Below are positions 1 through 12,096 of a DNA stretch of 64,000 nt, piece after piece (positions within the stretch are counted from its first letter, which is position 1; each line of letters starts with the position of its first letter). The stretch comes from an uncultured delta proteobacterium. GTDB lineage: Bacteria > Myxococcota_A > Polyangia > Fen-1088. The DNA lies in contig CAWCMR010000011.1 in assembly GCA_963796685.1 (NCBI GenBank), positions 96,001 to 160,000 of the forward strand. Direction: 5' to 3'. Position numbers and translations under genes: made by a program. The notes under the pieces were generated by a model. The model was not told the DNA's origin. It made no database searches and worked only from the letters and a program-made list of their open reading frames with translations.

Positions 1-2517
1 CGAGCGGTGGCGCGACGAGCATGGGAGGCGCCTCGGCTGGTGGCGGCTCGGCAGGCACTTCGACAACCGGAGGCGGTGGCGGGAACCGGGACGCAGGGAC
101 TGCGAACGGAGGCTCGGGCGGCGGTGCGGGCGCGACCAGCACGGGCGGCACCACGGCGACGGGCGGCGCGTCCGCCACGGGACCCTACGTGTGGAAGAGC
201 GTTCGCACCGGCGCGGGCGGTGGCTTCATCGTCGACATCATCTTCAACCCCAAGCAGAAGGATCTCCATCTACGCCAAGACCGACATGGGCGGCGTGTAC
301 CGCTTTCATCCGGCCGATGGTACCTGGATCCAACTGCTGGGCTGGGTGGGCCCGGACGACTGGGGCATCACCGGGGCCGAGAGCGTGGCGACCGACCCCG
401 TGGATCCGACCCGCCTCTACATCGCGGGCGGAACCTACACCAACGGCTGGGATCCCAAGAACGGCGTGATCCTGCGCTCGACGGATCAGGGCAACACCTT
501 CCAGATCACGCAGATGCCTTTCAAGATGGGCGGCAACATGCCGGGCCGGGGAATGGGCGAACGCCTGGCGGTCGATCCCAACAAGAACAGCATCCTCTAT
601 TTCGGTGCGCGCGATGGCAACGGGCTGTGGAAGAGCACGGACTTCGGCGCGACCTGGAACAAGGTGGCCGGCTTCCCGGACAGCGGGCCCTACTGCGAGG
701 ATGCGAGCGATACCAACGACTACCTGAATCACCCGGTCGGCATTCCATGGGTCATCTTCGATCCCGGCACCGGCAGCGCGGGTAACGCGACCCAGACGCT
801 CTACGTGGGCGTTGCCGAGAACGGAAGCGGCAAGCCCAACCTCTTCCGCAGCACCGACGCGGGAGCATCCTGGGAAGCCATCCCGGGCCAGCCTACCTGC
901 ACCGTGGCCGGGAACATCGTCACCTGCACCGGCGGTGCGACGTGGGACATGAGCAAGACCGGCGACGACGGAACCCTGCAATGGACCACCACGGGCTATT
1001 TGCCCAAGCAGGGCAAGCTCGATTCGGACGGCACCCTGTACGTCACGTACAGCAACTGGGATGGACCCTACAAGGGCAACGTCGGCGACGTGTGGAAGCT
1101 CGTGCCGGGCACGTCGACCTGGACGCAGATCAGCCCCGTGCTCGGCTCGAAGGCTCCGTCCGACCTGTGGTGGGGCTACGGCGGGCTCGGGGTGGACCTG
1201 CAGCACCCCGGCACCTTGGTGGTGGCGACGGTGAACTCGTGGTGGCCCGACGGCAATATCTTTCGCAGCACGGACGGCGGCGCGACCTGGAAGGCGCTGT
1301 GGGCCTGGTCGAGCTACCCGAGCCGGACCCTCAGCTACACCATGGACATCACCAGCGCGCCCTGGCTGAACCTGGGCGACACCAACCCCATCGAGCCGGT
1401 GCCCGCGGTCAAGATCGGTTGGATGATGGAGGGCATGAACATCGATCCGTTCGATTCCGACCGCATGTTGTACGGCACGGGCGCGACGCTCTATGGAACC
1501 ACCAACCTGACCCAATGGGACAGCGGTGGATCGATTGCCATCAAGAGCACCGCGGTCGGCATCGAGGAGACCTCGGTCCTGGGGCTGGTGAGCCCGCCGA
1601 GCGGCACGGCGCACCTCTTCAGCGTGGTGGGGGATGTCGGAGGGTGGCGGCACGACAGCCTGGATGCGCCGCCCGCCACCGTCTATGCGATCCCCTACTC
1701 GGGGACGTACAACGACATCGACTTCGCCGAAAGCAGCCCGACCTTCATGGTTCGCGTCGGCACGGGAAACCCCACTGCCTCGCCGTCCTACCACGGCACG
1801 GCCTTCACCTACGACGGAGGCGACAACTGGTTCGCGGGCAATTCCGATCCGGTGGATGGAAAGGGCGGCGGCACGGTCGCGGCCGCGGCGGACGCGAGTC
1901 GCGTGGTGTGGGCCGGTAGCGGCGCCCCAGCGTCCTATTCGACCGACAACGGCAATTCCTGGAAGGCGTGCGCCAACCTCCCGGACGACTCGACCGTGGC
2001 CTCGGACCGGGTCAACGCCCAGAAGTTCTACGGCTTCGGCGGCGGAAAGTTCTGGACCAGCAGCGACGGCGGCGCGACGTTCGTCGCCTCGTCGGCCACC
2101 GGCCTGCCCGACAGCGGGAAGATCAAGGCCGTGTTCGGCCACGAAGGCGAAGTTTGGCTGACGGGCGGAACCCAGACGAGCGGCGGCTCGACCGAGTGCA
2201 CGACGTGCGGGCTTTGGCGCACCACCGACTCGGGCGCGACCTTCACCCAGATCGCCGCCGTGTCCGGTGCCGAGGCCGTGGGCTTCGGCATGGCCAAATC
2301 CGGATCCGGCGCGCCGGCCGTCTACCTCGCCGGTACCGTGAGCGGCGTGCACGCCATGTTCCGCTCCGACGACGCCGGCGCGACCTGGACGCGCATCAGC
2401 GACGACCGACACCAATTCGCGACCATCCAGGTCATCATCGGTGACCCCCGCATCTACGGTCGCGTCTACGTCGGCACCAACGGCCTCGGCATCATGTACG
2501 GCGACCTCGCGCAGTAG
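1..2517 (+). CDS. GH74 xyloglucanase; 5' end lies outside the window; +1 frameshift at ~266
   Basis: A Gly/Ser/Thr linker, then YVWKSVRTGAGGGFIVDIIFNPKQKDL (frame of ORF 21..785), continues as IYAKTDMGGVYRF in the frame of 7..2517. GGNMPGRGMGERL, several SxDxGxTW BNR repeats and GDPRIYGRVYVGTNGLG are typical of GH74. Extra C in GATCTCCATC. Confidence 0.9.
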   Translation, partial: RAVARRAWEAPRLVAARQALRQPEAVAGTGTQGLRTEARAAVRARPARAAPRRRAARPPRDPTCGRAFAPARAVASSSTSSSTPSRRISIYAKTDMGGVYRFHPADGTWIQLLGWVGPDDWGITGAESVATDPVDPTRLYIAGGTYTNGWDPKNGVILRSTDQGNTFQITQMPFKMGGNMPGRGMGERLAVDPNKNSILYFGARDGNGLWKSTDFGATWNKVAGFPDSGPYCEDASDTNDYLNHPVGIPWVIFDPGTGSAGNATQTLYVGVAENGSGKPNLFRSTDAGASWEAIPGQPTCTVAGNIVTCTGGATWDMSKTGDDGTLQWTTTGYLPKQGKLDSDGTLYVTYSNWDGPYKGNVGDVWKLVPGTSTWTQISPVLGSKAPSDLWWGYGGLGVDLQHPGTLVVATVNSWWPDGNIFRSTDGGATWKALWAWSSYPSRTLSYTMDITSAPWLNLGDTNPIEPVPAVKIGWMMEGMNIDPFDSDRMLYGTGATLYGTTNLTQWDSGGSIAIKSTAVGIEETSVLGLVSPPSGTAHLFSVVGDVGGWRHDSLDAPPATVYAIPYSGTYNDIDFAESSPTFMVRVGTGNPTASPSYHGTAFTYDGGDNWFAGNSDPVDGKGGGTVAAAADASRVVWAGSGAPASYSTDNGNSWKACANLPDDSTVASDRVNAQKFYGFGGGKFWTSSDGGATFVASSATGLPDSGKIKAVFGHEGEVWLTGGTQTSGGSTECTTCGLWRTTDSGATFTQIAAVSGAEAVGFGMAKSGSGAPAVYLAGTVSGVHAMFRSDDAGATWTRISDDRHQFATIQVIIGDPRIYGRVYVGTNGLGIMYGDLAQ

Positions 2518-2535
2518 CCGGCCGGCCTCACCTCG

Positions 2536-2595
2536 GGCCGTGGCCGACGGCAATTACAATCGGCCACGGCCACGGCCACGGCCACGGCCACGGCC
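2536..2595. repeat. (CGGCCA)n hexamer run with an upstream inverted arm (hairpin-forming)
   Basis: CGGCCA x5 plus CGGCC at 2561-2595. GGCCGTGGCCGA at ~2537-2547 is complementary. A related element lies at 58030-58082. Confidence 0.8.
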
Positions 2596-2632
2596 TTCTG
2601 CGGCTATCGCGGGATTGGGGGTAGAGCGAGGC

Positions 2633-4105
2633 GCCAGCTACGCACGTGCGCGCTCCGATCCCCTCGCCCCGCGCAAGGGCTAGGGTGAGGGGCCAGGGCA
2701 CGCTCTCGCATGGCCGAACCCCTCACCCGACGCGCTTCGCGCGTCGACCTCTCCCCGCTTCGCGGGGCGAGGTGAATCTTCCGCGGCCACGCGCCTGGGG
2801 TCCGGCCAGCTACGTACGTGCGCGCTCCGATCCCCTCGCCCCGCGCAGCGGGGAGAGGGCTAGGGTGAGGGGCCAGGGCACGCTCTCGCATGGCCGAACC
2901 CCTCACCCGACACGCTTCGCGCGTCGACCTCTCCCCGCTTCGCGGGGCGAGGTGAATCTTCCGCGGCCACGCGCCTGGGGTCCGGCCAGCTACGTACGTG
3001 CGCGCTCCGATCCCCTCGCCCCGCGCAGCGGGGAGAGGGCTAGGGTGAGGGGCCAGGGCACGCTCTCGCATGGCCGAACCCCTCACCCGACGCGCTTCGC
3101 GCGTCGACCTCTCCCCGCTTCGCGGGGCGAGGTGAATCTTCCGCGGCCACGCGCCTGGGGTCCGGCCAGCTACGTACGTGCGCGCTCCGATCCCCTCGCC
3201 CCGCGCAGCGGGGAGAGGGCTAGGGTGAGGGGCCAGGGCACGCTCTCGCATGGCCGAACCCCTCACCCGACGCGCTTCGCGCGTCGACCTCTCCCCGCTT
3301 CGCGGGGCGAGGTGAATCTTCCGCGGCCACGCGCCTGGGGTCCGGCCAGCTACGTACGTGCGCGCTCCAATCCCCTCGCCCCGCGCAGCGGGGAGAGGGC
3401 TAGGGTGAGGGGCCAGGGCACGCTCTCGCATGGCCGAACCCCTCACCCGACACGCTTCGCGCCTCGACCTCTCCCCGCTTCGCGGGGCGAGGTGAATCTT
3501 CCGCGGCCACGCGCCTGGAGTCCGGCCAGCTACGCACGTGCGCGCTCCAATCCCCTCGCCCCGCGCAAGGGCTAGGGTGAGGGGCCAGGGCACGCTCTCG
3601 CATGGCCGAACCCCTTACCCGACACGCTTCGCGCGTCGACCTCTCCCCGCTTCGCGGGGCGAGGTGAATCTTCCGCGGCCACGCGCCTGGGGTCCGGCCA
3701 GCTACGCACGTGCGCGCTCCAATCCCCTCGCCCCGCGCAGCGGGGAGAGGGCTAGGGTGAGGGGCCAGGGCACGCTCTCGCATGGCCGAACCCCTCACCC
3801 GACGCGCTTCGCGCGTCGACCTCTCCCCGCTTCGCGGGGCGAGGTGAATCTTCCGCGGCCACGCGCCTGGGGTCCGGCCAGCTACGTACGTGCGCGCTCC
3901 GATCCCCTCGCCCCGCGCAAGGGCTAGGGTGAGGGGCCAGGGCACGCTCTCGCATGGCCGAACCCCTCACCCGACGCGCTTCGCGCGTCGACCTCTCCCC
4001 GCTTCGCGGGGCGAGGTGAATCTTCCGCGGCCACGCGCCTGGGGTCCGGCCAGCTACGTACGTGCGCGCTCCGATCCCCTCGCCCCGCGCAAGGGCTAGG
4101 GTGAG
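2633..4105. repeat. Tandem array of 172/180-bp REP/BIME-like units, left part (8 units)
   Basis: Marker CATGGCCGAACCCC at 2709, 2889, 3069, 3249, 3429, 3601, 3781, 3953 (spacing 180 or 172). Each unit has CCTCKCCCCGC-loop-GCGGGGMGAGG hairpins and a GGGTGAGGGG/CCCCTCACCC inverted pair. Confidence 0.97.
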
Positions 4106-4126
4106 CATCTGTGTTCCTAGTCAAGG

Positions 4127-5795
<1,669 letters not shown>

Positions 5796-5816
5796 GTCGG
5801 CCGAGGCGGTTCTCCT

Positions 5817-7028
5817 CTACGGTGCCTGCGCGCCGCTGTCGACGGCAGCGGCGGCGGCTTCGAGGCGGCTGAGCAGCCAGGGGGGATACGTGCCGGTGTA
5901 GCGCTTGCCTTCGACGAAGAAGGTGGGCGTGCCCTGGATGTCGAGACGGTTGCCCTCGTCCACGTCGAGGGCCACGCTGCGTGGGCCTTCCTCGCGCAGG
6001 CAGGTCTCCAGCGCCGCGGGATCGAGGCCGAGGTCGTGCGCGATCTCGGCGTTGGACCGCGAATGCAGCGTGCGCGCTTCGGCGAACAGGTAGTCGTTGG
6101 CCTGCCAGAAGCGGTCCTGTCGGCCGGCGCACTCGGCGATCATGGCGGCGAAACAGGAGTTGAGGTGCATGGGGGCCTTGATGGCCGAGTTGCAGCTCTG
6201 GTCGAGGGGGTAGTGGCGATGGACCAGGCGAAGCTGCTTGGGGAAGCGTTCGAGCAGGGCCCGCAGCTGAATGTGGGCCTGGCGGCAGTAGGGACATTCG
6301 TAGTCGCTGAATTCGATCAGGGTGACGGCGGGCTTTTCCGCGCCGATGAAGTGCCCGCCGCCGGGTTCGATGCCGTGGGGCAGGTTGGGGGCGACGGGGC
6401 GTGGCCGGCTGGCGTCCTTGGGGGCCTTCCAATAGGACGGGTACGCGACCAGGACGGTCGCCGTGAGGGCGCCGAGGATGGCCAGGGCAAGGAGGGCGCG
6501 CCCGGTTCGCTCGCGCAGCATGCGCAGGGGGGCGGCGAAGGCGGCGCGCAGGCCCACGGGGCGCCCGGCGATCAGGACGCAAACCAGGAACAGCACGTTC
6601 GCCGCGTAGGTCCCAAGGCACAGGATGCAGACCGCGCTGACCAGAAAGGCCGAGATGGCCCCCAGGACGGCGCTCGATGCAGTGAAGAGGATGGCGAGGT
6701 AAAGGGCGCAGCCGACAGCCAACAGCGAGCGTCGCCGGAGCGCGCCCCACAGCGCGACCACCGTGGCCAGGGCGTAGCCGAAGATGCCCCACGCGGCCAG
6801 GGGAACGCCGAAGAGCATGGCATAGCGGCTGCGCGCGACGATGTCGCAGTTCACCTTGCGGTCGATGGCACAGAAACTGTGGAAGGTGGGATTGGTCTGG
6901 AGCTTGAAGTGGATCTGCTCCAGCAGGATGGACAGGACCAACCCGGCAAGGCAGAAAAGCAGCGCCAGCCACCACGGCCAGCGGGCGGTGGCGGGGGCGG
7001 CATCGTCGGGGATCGGCCCTCGTTTCAT
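5817..7028 (-). CDS. VKOR-DsbA (thioredoxin) fusion membrane protein
   Basis: FCAIDRKVNCDIVARSRYA and CILC in a TM region (VKOR); EFSDYECPYC, RHYPL and IQGTPTFFV (DsbA). Confidence 0.9.
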   Translation of the reverse strand: MKRGPIPDDAAPATARWPWWLALLFCLAGLVLSILLEQIHFKLQTNPTFHSFCAIDRKVNCDIVARSRYAMLFGVPLAAWGIFGYALATVVALWGALRRRSLLAVGCALYLAILFTASSAVLGAISAFLVSAVCILCLGTYAANVLFLVCVLIAGRPVGLRAAFAAPLRMLRERTGRALLALAILGALTATVLVAYPSYWKAPKDASRPRPVAPNLPHGIEPGGGHFIGAEKPAVTLIEFSDYECPYCRQAHIQLRALLERFPKQLRLVHRHYPLDQSCNSAIKAPMHLNSCFAAMIAECAGRQDRFWQANDYLFAEARTLHSRSNAEIAHDLGLDPAALETCLREEGPRSVALDVDEGNRLDIQGTPTFFVEGKRYTGTYPPWLLSRLEAAAAAVDSGAQAP

Positions 7029-7080
7029 CGAGGCACTACCCCTATCACAACATGGCAGTCAGGCCCAGAGCGCGTACCGG

Positions 7081-8076
7081 TCAGATGCACACGCGGTTTC
7101 GTCCCGAACGTTTGGCGGCATACAGCATTTCGTCGGTGCGTTTCATCAGCTCGGCGGCGGTCTCATTGGGTCTCGCCAACGCGCCCCCGACCGAGACGGT
7201 GACTCGGATGGGAGCGTCCTCGCTTTCCCGCAGTCCGCTCGCCTCGACCATGGCGCGGAACTTTTCGGCCACCAGGCGCAATTCGTCCTCGTGCACGTTG
7301 GTGATGATAGCGGTGAATTCTTCGCCGCCCCAGCGGGCGATGGTGTCCAGCCCGCGGCAGTTCGACGACAGGGTGCGGGCCACCATGCGCAGCACCTCGT
7401 CGCCGAGCTGGTGTCCGGCGCTGTCGTTGACCAGCTTGAAGCGGTCGATGTCGATCATCAGGGTGCCGAAGGACCAGCCAAAGCGGCCGAGCTCGGCCAG
7501 CCGCCGGTCGAGCTGCATGTCGAAATGGCGACGGTTGGGCAGCAGGGTCAGATCGTCGATCATGGCCAGGTGCGAGAGCTCCTCGATGAGTTGATCCTGG
7601 CGCCGGTCGTCGACGGTGCTGCGGAAGATCTCGACCGCGCCCACCAGTCGGTTTTGCCGATCGCGGAGCGGGATAGTCCTGATTCTGACGGGAATGCGGT
7701 GGCCCTGCTTGTGCTGCAGAAAGGCGTCGGCGTCGATGGGCACGCCGGTGTCCACCGCGCGCTGAAGCGGGCAGCCGGTCGTGCACAGCAGGCGTCCGCT
7801 GCCATCAATGTGGCACAGCCACCGGTTGCCGCAATGGTCGCCGACGACCTCGCTGCGCGCGAAGCCGGTGATCCGCTCGGCGCTGCGGTTCCACAGCAAG
7901 ATGCGCTTTTCACGGTCCACGAAGTAGATGCCGTCGTCGACCTGGTCGAGAATGCTGTGGTACAGGGACACGTCGAGCGTGAACCCCAACCCGGGTTGGA
8001 TGAAGGGAAGCGGCGTCGCGAGCAGCGGTCCCTCGATGACGATGGGGCTGGGGGTGGATATTTCGCTTGACGTCAT
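7081..8076 (-). CDS. PAS-GGDEF diguanylate cyclase
   Basis: PAS segment WNRSAERITGF; DDLTLLPNRR, DIDRFKLVND and RWGGEEF. Confidence 0.93.
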   Translation of the reverse strand: MTSSEISTPSPIVIEGPLLATPLPFIQPGLGFTLDVSLYHSILDQVDDGIYFVDREKRILLWNRSAERITGFARSEVVGDHCGNRWLCHIDGSGRLLCTTGCPLQRAVDTGVPIDADAFLQHKQGHRIPVRIRTIPLRDRQNRLVGAVEIFRSTVDDRRQDQLIEELSHLAMIDDLTLLPNRRHFDMQLDRRLAELGRFGWSFGTLMIDIDRFKLVNDSAGHQLGDEVLRMVARTLSSNCRGLDTIARWGGEEFTAIITNVHEDELRLVAEKFRAMVEASGLRESEDAPIRVTVSVGGALARPNETAAELMKRTDEMLYAAKRSGRNRVCI

Positions 8077-8109
8077 AAGCAGTGCAACTCCTTTAAGGGA
8101 GCTTGAAGT

Positions 8110-8667
8110 CTATTGCTCTCGGCAGAACTCGGCGAGGGCATAAGTCGAAACCAGCGCGTGCACCGCTCCACTTGAAAGAAGAGTGCTTTGGTAGAGTTTA
8201 AAGGACGTGACCGGCCAACGCGCTCCGTTGTAGGCCTCGTGACGTGTAAGGAATTGTGTCAGGGTCTCGTCCGGTCTCTCGGTGAAGCGGGCCAAGGTGA
8301 GATGGGGAGAAAATCCCGCGCCTTCGCCGTGGGGGTCGCCTTCCAGGCAGCCGTCGATCGCGCGCTTGAGATGGACCAGCGGCTCCGGTGGATCGAGCCC
8401 GAGCCACAGCACGCGCGCCCGCTTGCTCGCGCCGCCGGGAAACACGCCCGCGCCTCGCAACGCCAGCTCGAAAGCAGGGGCGCGTACGCGGGAGAGCCGT
8501 TCGCGGATGTCGGCCAGGGCGTCGTCCGGGGTTTGCCCCATGAAGCGCAAGGTGATGTGCAGTTGGTGTGGCTTGACCCAGCGGGCTTTGCTCACCTGTG
8601 CGCACAGGGCGGCGACTTCGTGCCGAATGGGCTCCGGCAGATCGACCGCGACGAACAGGCGTAGCAT
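8110..8667 (-). CDS. thpR: RNA 2',3'-cyclic phosphodiesterase (2H family)
   Basis: RLFVAVDLP; two HxT motifs (LHITLRF, PHLTLAR). Confidence 0.9.
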   Translation of the reverse strand: MLRLFVAVDLPEPIRHEVAALCAQVSKARWVKPHQLHITLRFMGQTPDDALADIRERLSRVRAPAFELALRGAGVFPGGASKRARVLWLGLDPPEPLVHLKRAIDGCLEGDPHGEGAGFSPHLTLARFTERPDETLTQFLTRHEAYNGARWPVTSFKLYQSTLLSSGAVHALVSTYALAEFCREQ

Positions 8668-8670
8668 GGC

Positions 8671-9808
8671 TCAGGCGCTTTCCAGGCGATCGGCGATGGC
8701 TCGCAGCGAGTCGATGTTGGAGACGTCGTGGGGCATGAGCGGAACCGTGGTGATCTCCACGCCGGGCGACTCGCTCGACAGGCGTTCGAGCTTCGCGCTT
8801 CTGCGCGTGGGCGATCTTGGTCAGGTACTGCGCCAGCTCCGTCAGCTTGAGCGCGGCGCCGTCCACCTCCTGCGCCGACGCGTCGGCCATGGCGGGCAGG
8901 GCCGCGACCTGCTCGCGCAGAAGGGTCGTCGTGACCGGGTCGGGCTCTTGCAGGGTGCGATTGGCGATGTAGCAGCACAGCGGCGAACCGGTTTCGCGCA
9001 AGCGGCGCGCGAAATAGAGGGCCTCGTTCACCGACGCGGTTTCAGGCGTCATCACCAGGATGAAGCCGACCTCGGGCCGTTTGAGCACGGCCTCGATCTC
9101 GCGCGCCCGGCTGAGAAAGCCGCCCAGTACCTCGCGGATATCGAGGAGGAACGCGCCGAGATCGTCGAGGAACTTGCTGCCCATGAGCTTGCCCGCGCGG
9201 CGGAGGATCATGGCGCCGCCCACGCCCAGGCGTTTGAGCGAAAAGCGGCTCATGCGTGGATCGGGGCGGGCGAACCACTGCAGGGCCGGGCTGGCGATGG
9301 CATCGGCCAGGCGTTCGGGGGTTTCCAGGAACTCGAGCGCGTTGGCCGTGGGGGGCGTATCGAGCACGATGAGGTCGTACTCGCCGTCGCGGCGAAGCTC
9401 GTAGAGCGCCAGGGTGGCAGCGTACTCCTGCGATCCGGTCAGGTTGGTGGTGACATGCCGATAGAGCGAGTTGGAAAAGATATGATTGCGCAACTCGGGA
9501 TCGGCCACCTGCTCCTCGACCAGGTGGGCGAACGCGGTGGTGGCATCGACACGCATGGCGTGCAGCATGTTGGGCGAGGAGATCCCCAGCGCAGCCGCGG
9601 TGTCGGCCCCGATGGCGGTCGGCGTGGGGCCGAGATTGGCCACGCCCAAGGCATCGGCCAACCGGGGAGCGGGATCGATGGTACACACCAGCGTGCGCAG
9701 GCCCGCCCGGGCCCCAATCACCCCGAGCGCGGCGGCGGTCGTGGTCTTGCCCACGCCGCCCGGTCCCACACACACCAGCGTCTTCTTGGTGGCGAGCCGC
9801 TTCTTCAT
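8671..9808 (-). CDS. ArsA/Get3-family ATPase (BagB-like); +1 frameshift at ~8792
   Basis: GPGGVGKTT, TIDPAPRLADALG, GSQEY and LDTPPT. The C-terminus continues LERLSSES...DRLESA* in the shifted frame. ATGA overlap with the upstream gene. Confidence 0.85.
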
Positions 9809-10626
9809 CGGCTCACACGGACGACGAGCGCGGTGACGTTGTCGGGGGCTCCCGTGGCATTGGCCGCGTCGACCAGGGCGTAGCAGGCCGATTCCACATC
9901 GGGTTGCGACAGCATGATCTCGGTGATGCGGTCGTCGGGCACGCAGTCCCAAAGGCCGTCCGAGCAGAGGAGATAGAGATCGCCGTCGCTGTAAGCGTTC
10001 ATGTAGACCGTGGGCTCGAGGTCGGGCTTGCTGCCGAGGGCGCGCGTGATGACGTTGCGGTTCACCAGGGCGGCGATCTCTTGCGGCGAGATGGCGGGCT
10101 GGGCGTTCTTCATCTCCTCGATGATCGAGTGATCGCGGGTCAGGCGCGAGGCCACGCCGTTGCGGACGCGGTAGATGCGCACGTCGCCAGCGTGGGCGGC
10201 CACCAGATGCTCCTCGTCGAAGGTGAGGGCCGCGATGGTGGCCCCCATGCGGTACCACGCCGGATCCTTGCGCGACTCTTCGCGGATCTTTTGGTTGGCC
10301 ACCTTCATTCCGACGCGCAAGAGGTTGACGGCGCGGGAGAAGCGCGGATCCATCGGGAAGGGCCAGGATTCCGGCGCCGAGGTTCGATTCTCGCGGCAGA
10401 ACGCCTCCAGGGCGTCCACCGCGATGCGCGCGGCCACCTCGCCCGCCGCGCGACCGCCCATGCCGTCCGCGACCACGAACAGCCGCTCGTCGAGGTAGAT
10501 GCCGAAGACGTCTTCGTTCGCCTCGCGCACCTGGCCGGCGTGGCTGGCCGCGCCCGCTTCCAGGCGCAGCGTCACCGGCAGGAACTGATGGGAGCCGTCG
10601 GGTCTGGTTTTGGTCGAGGGAGGCAT
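9805..10626 (-). CDS. PP2C-family Ser/Thr phosphatase
   Basis: VREANED, VADGMGG, HAGDVR, LLCSDGL, DNVT. Confidence 0.93.
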   Translation of the reverse strand: MPPSTKTRPDGSHQFLPVTLRLEAGAASHAGQVREANEDVFGIYLDERLFVVADGMGGRAAGEVAARIAVDALEAFCRENRTSAPESWPFPMDPRFSRAVNLLRVGMKVANQKIREESRKDPAWYRMGATIAALTFDEEHLVAAHAGDVRIYRVRNGVASRLTRDHSIIEEMKNAQPAISPQEIAALVNRNVITRALGSKPDLEPTVYMNAYSDGDLYLLCSDGLWDCVPDDRITEIMLSQPDVESACYALVDAANATGAPDNVTALVVRVSR

Positions 10627-12096
10627 TCAGGATTTTGTCAGGGCTTCGCGCCAGCAGCCGAGGATCCGATCGCGCTCGGTCTGGTCAAGGCGGGGGTGAA
10701 AGGTCGACACACCCAAGTCTGGCTGCTTACCGGGGTCGCTGTAAAGGCCCAAGCCAAGGGCGGCCAGGCGGCCGGCCCCGAGGGCGGTCGATTCGACCAT
10801 GGCCGGCCGGACGATGTCGGCGCCGAGAAAATCCGCTTGCATTTGCATGAGCAAGTCATTGACGCTGGCGCCACCGTCGACGCGCAAGGAGGTGATGGGG
10901 TGCCCGGCGTCGCGCTGCATGGCCAACGCCAGATCGACGTTCTGCAAGGCCATGGCCTCCAGCGCGGCCCTGGCGAGGTGGGCCGCGGTGGTGCCGCGCG
11001 AGATCCCGCAGATGACTCCGCGCGCCTCCGGGCGCCAGTGGGGCGCGCCCAGCCCGGCCAGCGCCGGCACGATGGTCACCCCTCCCGTGTCGGACACCGA
11101 GGCCGCCAGGGTCTCGATCTCGGAGGCGCTCTTGATGATGCCCAGCCCGTCCCGCAGCCACTGGACCAGGGCGCCCGACACGAAGGCGCTGCCTTCGAGC
11201 GCGTAGCTCGTGCCGCGCGGGGTTTGCCACGCCACCGTGCCCAGCAGATGGTGCTGCGACAGCACCGGCTTCTCGCCCACGTTCATGAGCAGGAACGATC
11301 CGGTGCCGAAGGTGCACTTGGCCTGCCCGCGCGCAAAACAGCCCTGGCCGAAGAGCGCGGCCTGTTGGTCGCCGGCGATGCCCGCGATGGGCGTGCCGTC
11401 TGGCAAGCCATGCATGCCAAGGGTGACCGCCAGGTTGCCCGAGGATGGGCAGACGCGCGGGAGGAGGGTGGCCGGCACCTCGAAGAGACGGCAAAGCTCG
11501 GCGCTCCACTCGAGGCGGGCGAGGTCGAGCAGCAGGGTGCGCGAAGCGTTGGTGACGTCCGTGATGTGGCTCTTGCCGCCGGAGAGCCGCCACACGAGGA
11601 AGCTGTCGACGGTGCCGAAGGCGATCTCGCCCGCCTCGGCGCGCCGGCGGAGAGCGGGAAGGTTCTCCAGCATCCAGGCGATCTTGGTGCCCGAGAAATA
11701 CGGATCGATGAGCAGCCCCGTGGTGCGCTGGATGAGGGGCTCGTGCCCGGCCGCGCGCATGGCCTCGCAGCGTTCGGCCGTGCGGCGATCCTGCCACACG
11801 ATGGCGGGGGCCACCGCGCGCCCGGTGGACCGCTCCCACATCACCACGGTCTCGCGCTGGTTGGTCACGCCGATGCCGGCGATGGATCCCGCGGGGGCCT
11901 GCGCGCGCGCCTGGGCAAAGGCCGACACGACCGAGCGCCAGATGGCCTCGGCGTCGTGCTCGACCTGGCCGGGCGCGGGATAGCTCTGCGGGATCTCGCC
12001 GTAGCCCTTGCCGCGAATGCGCATGGCCTCGTCGAGCAAGAGTACGGTCGTGCCCGTGGTTCCCTGGTCGATGGCGAGAATGAGTCGTTCGCTCAT
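10627..12096 (-). CDS. glpK: Glycerol kinase
   Basis: AIDQGTT, TNQRET, WQDRRT, DPYFSGTK, GDQQAALFG, VDGGA. Confidence 0.97.
   Translation of the reverse strand: MSERLILAIDQGTTGTTVLLLDEAMRIRGKGYGEIPQSYPAPGQVEHDAEAIWRSVVSAFAQARAQAPAGSIAGIGVTNQRETVVMWERSTGRAVAPAIVWQDRRTAERCEAMRAAGHEPLIQRTTGLLIDPYFSGTKIAWMLENLPALRRRAEAGEIAFGTVDSFLVWRLSGGKSHITDVTNASRTLLLDLARLEWSAELCRLFEVPATLLPRVCPSSGNLAVTLGMHGLPDGTPIAGIAGDQQAALFGQGCFARGQAKCTFGTGSFLLMNVGEKPVLSQHHLLGTVAWQTPRGTSYALEGSAFVSGALVQWLRDGLGIIKSASEIETLAASVSDTGGVTIVPALAGLGAPHWRPEARGVICGISRGTTAAHLARAALEAMALQNVDLALAMQRDAGHPITSLRVDGGASVNDLLMQMQADFLGADIVRPAMVESTALGAGRLAALGLGLYSDPGKQPDLGVSTFHPRLDQTERDRILGCWREALTKS

Noticed and set aside
8671-9808. Arsenic resistance ArsA
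   Set aside because: Single ATPase domain, no ars genes nearby; motifs fit the Get3/BagAB-like group.
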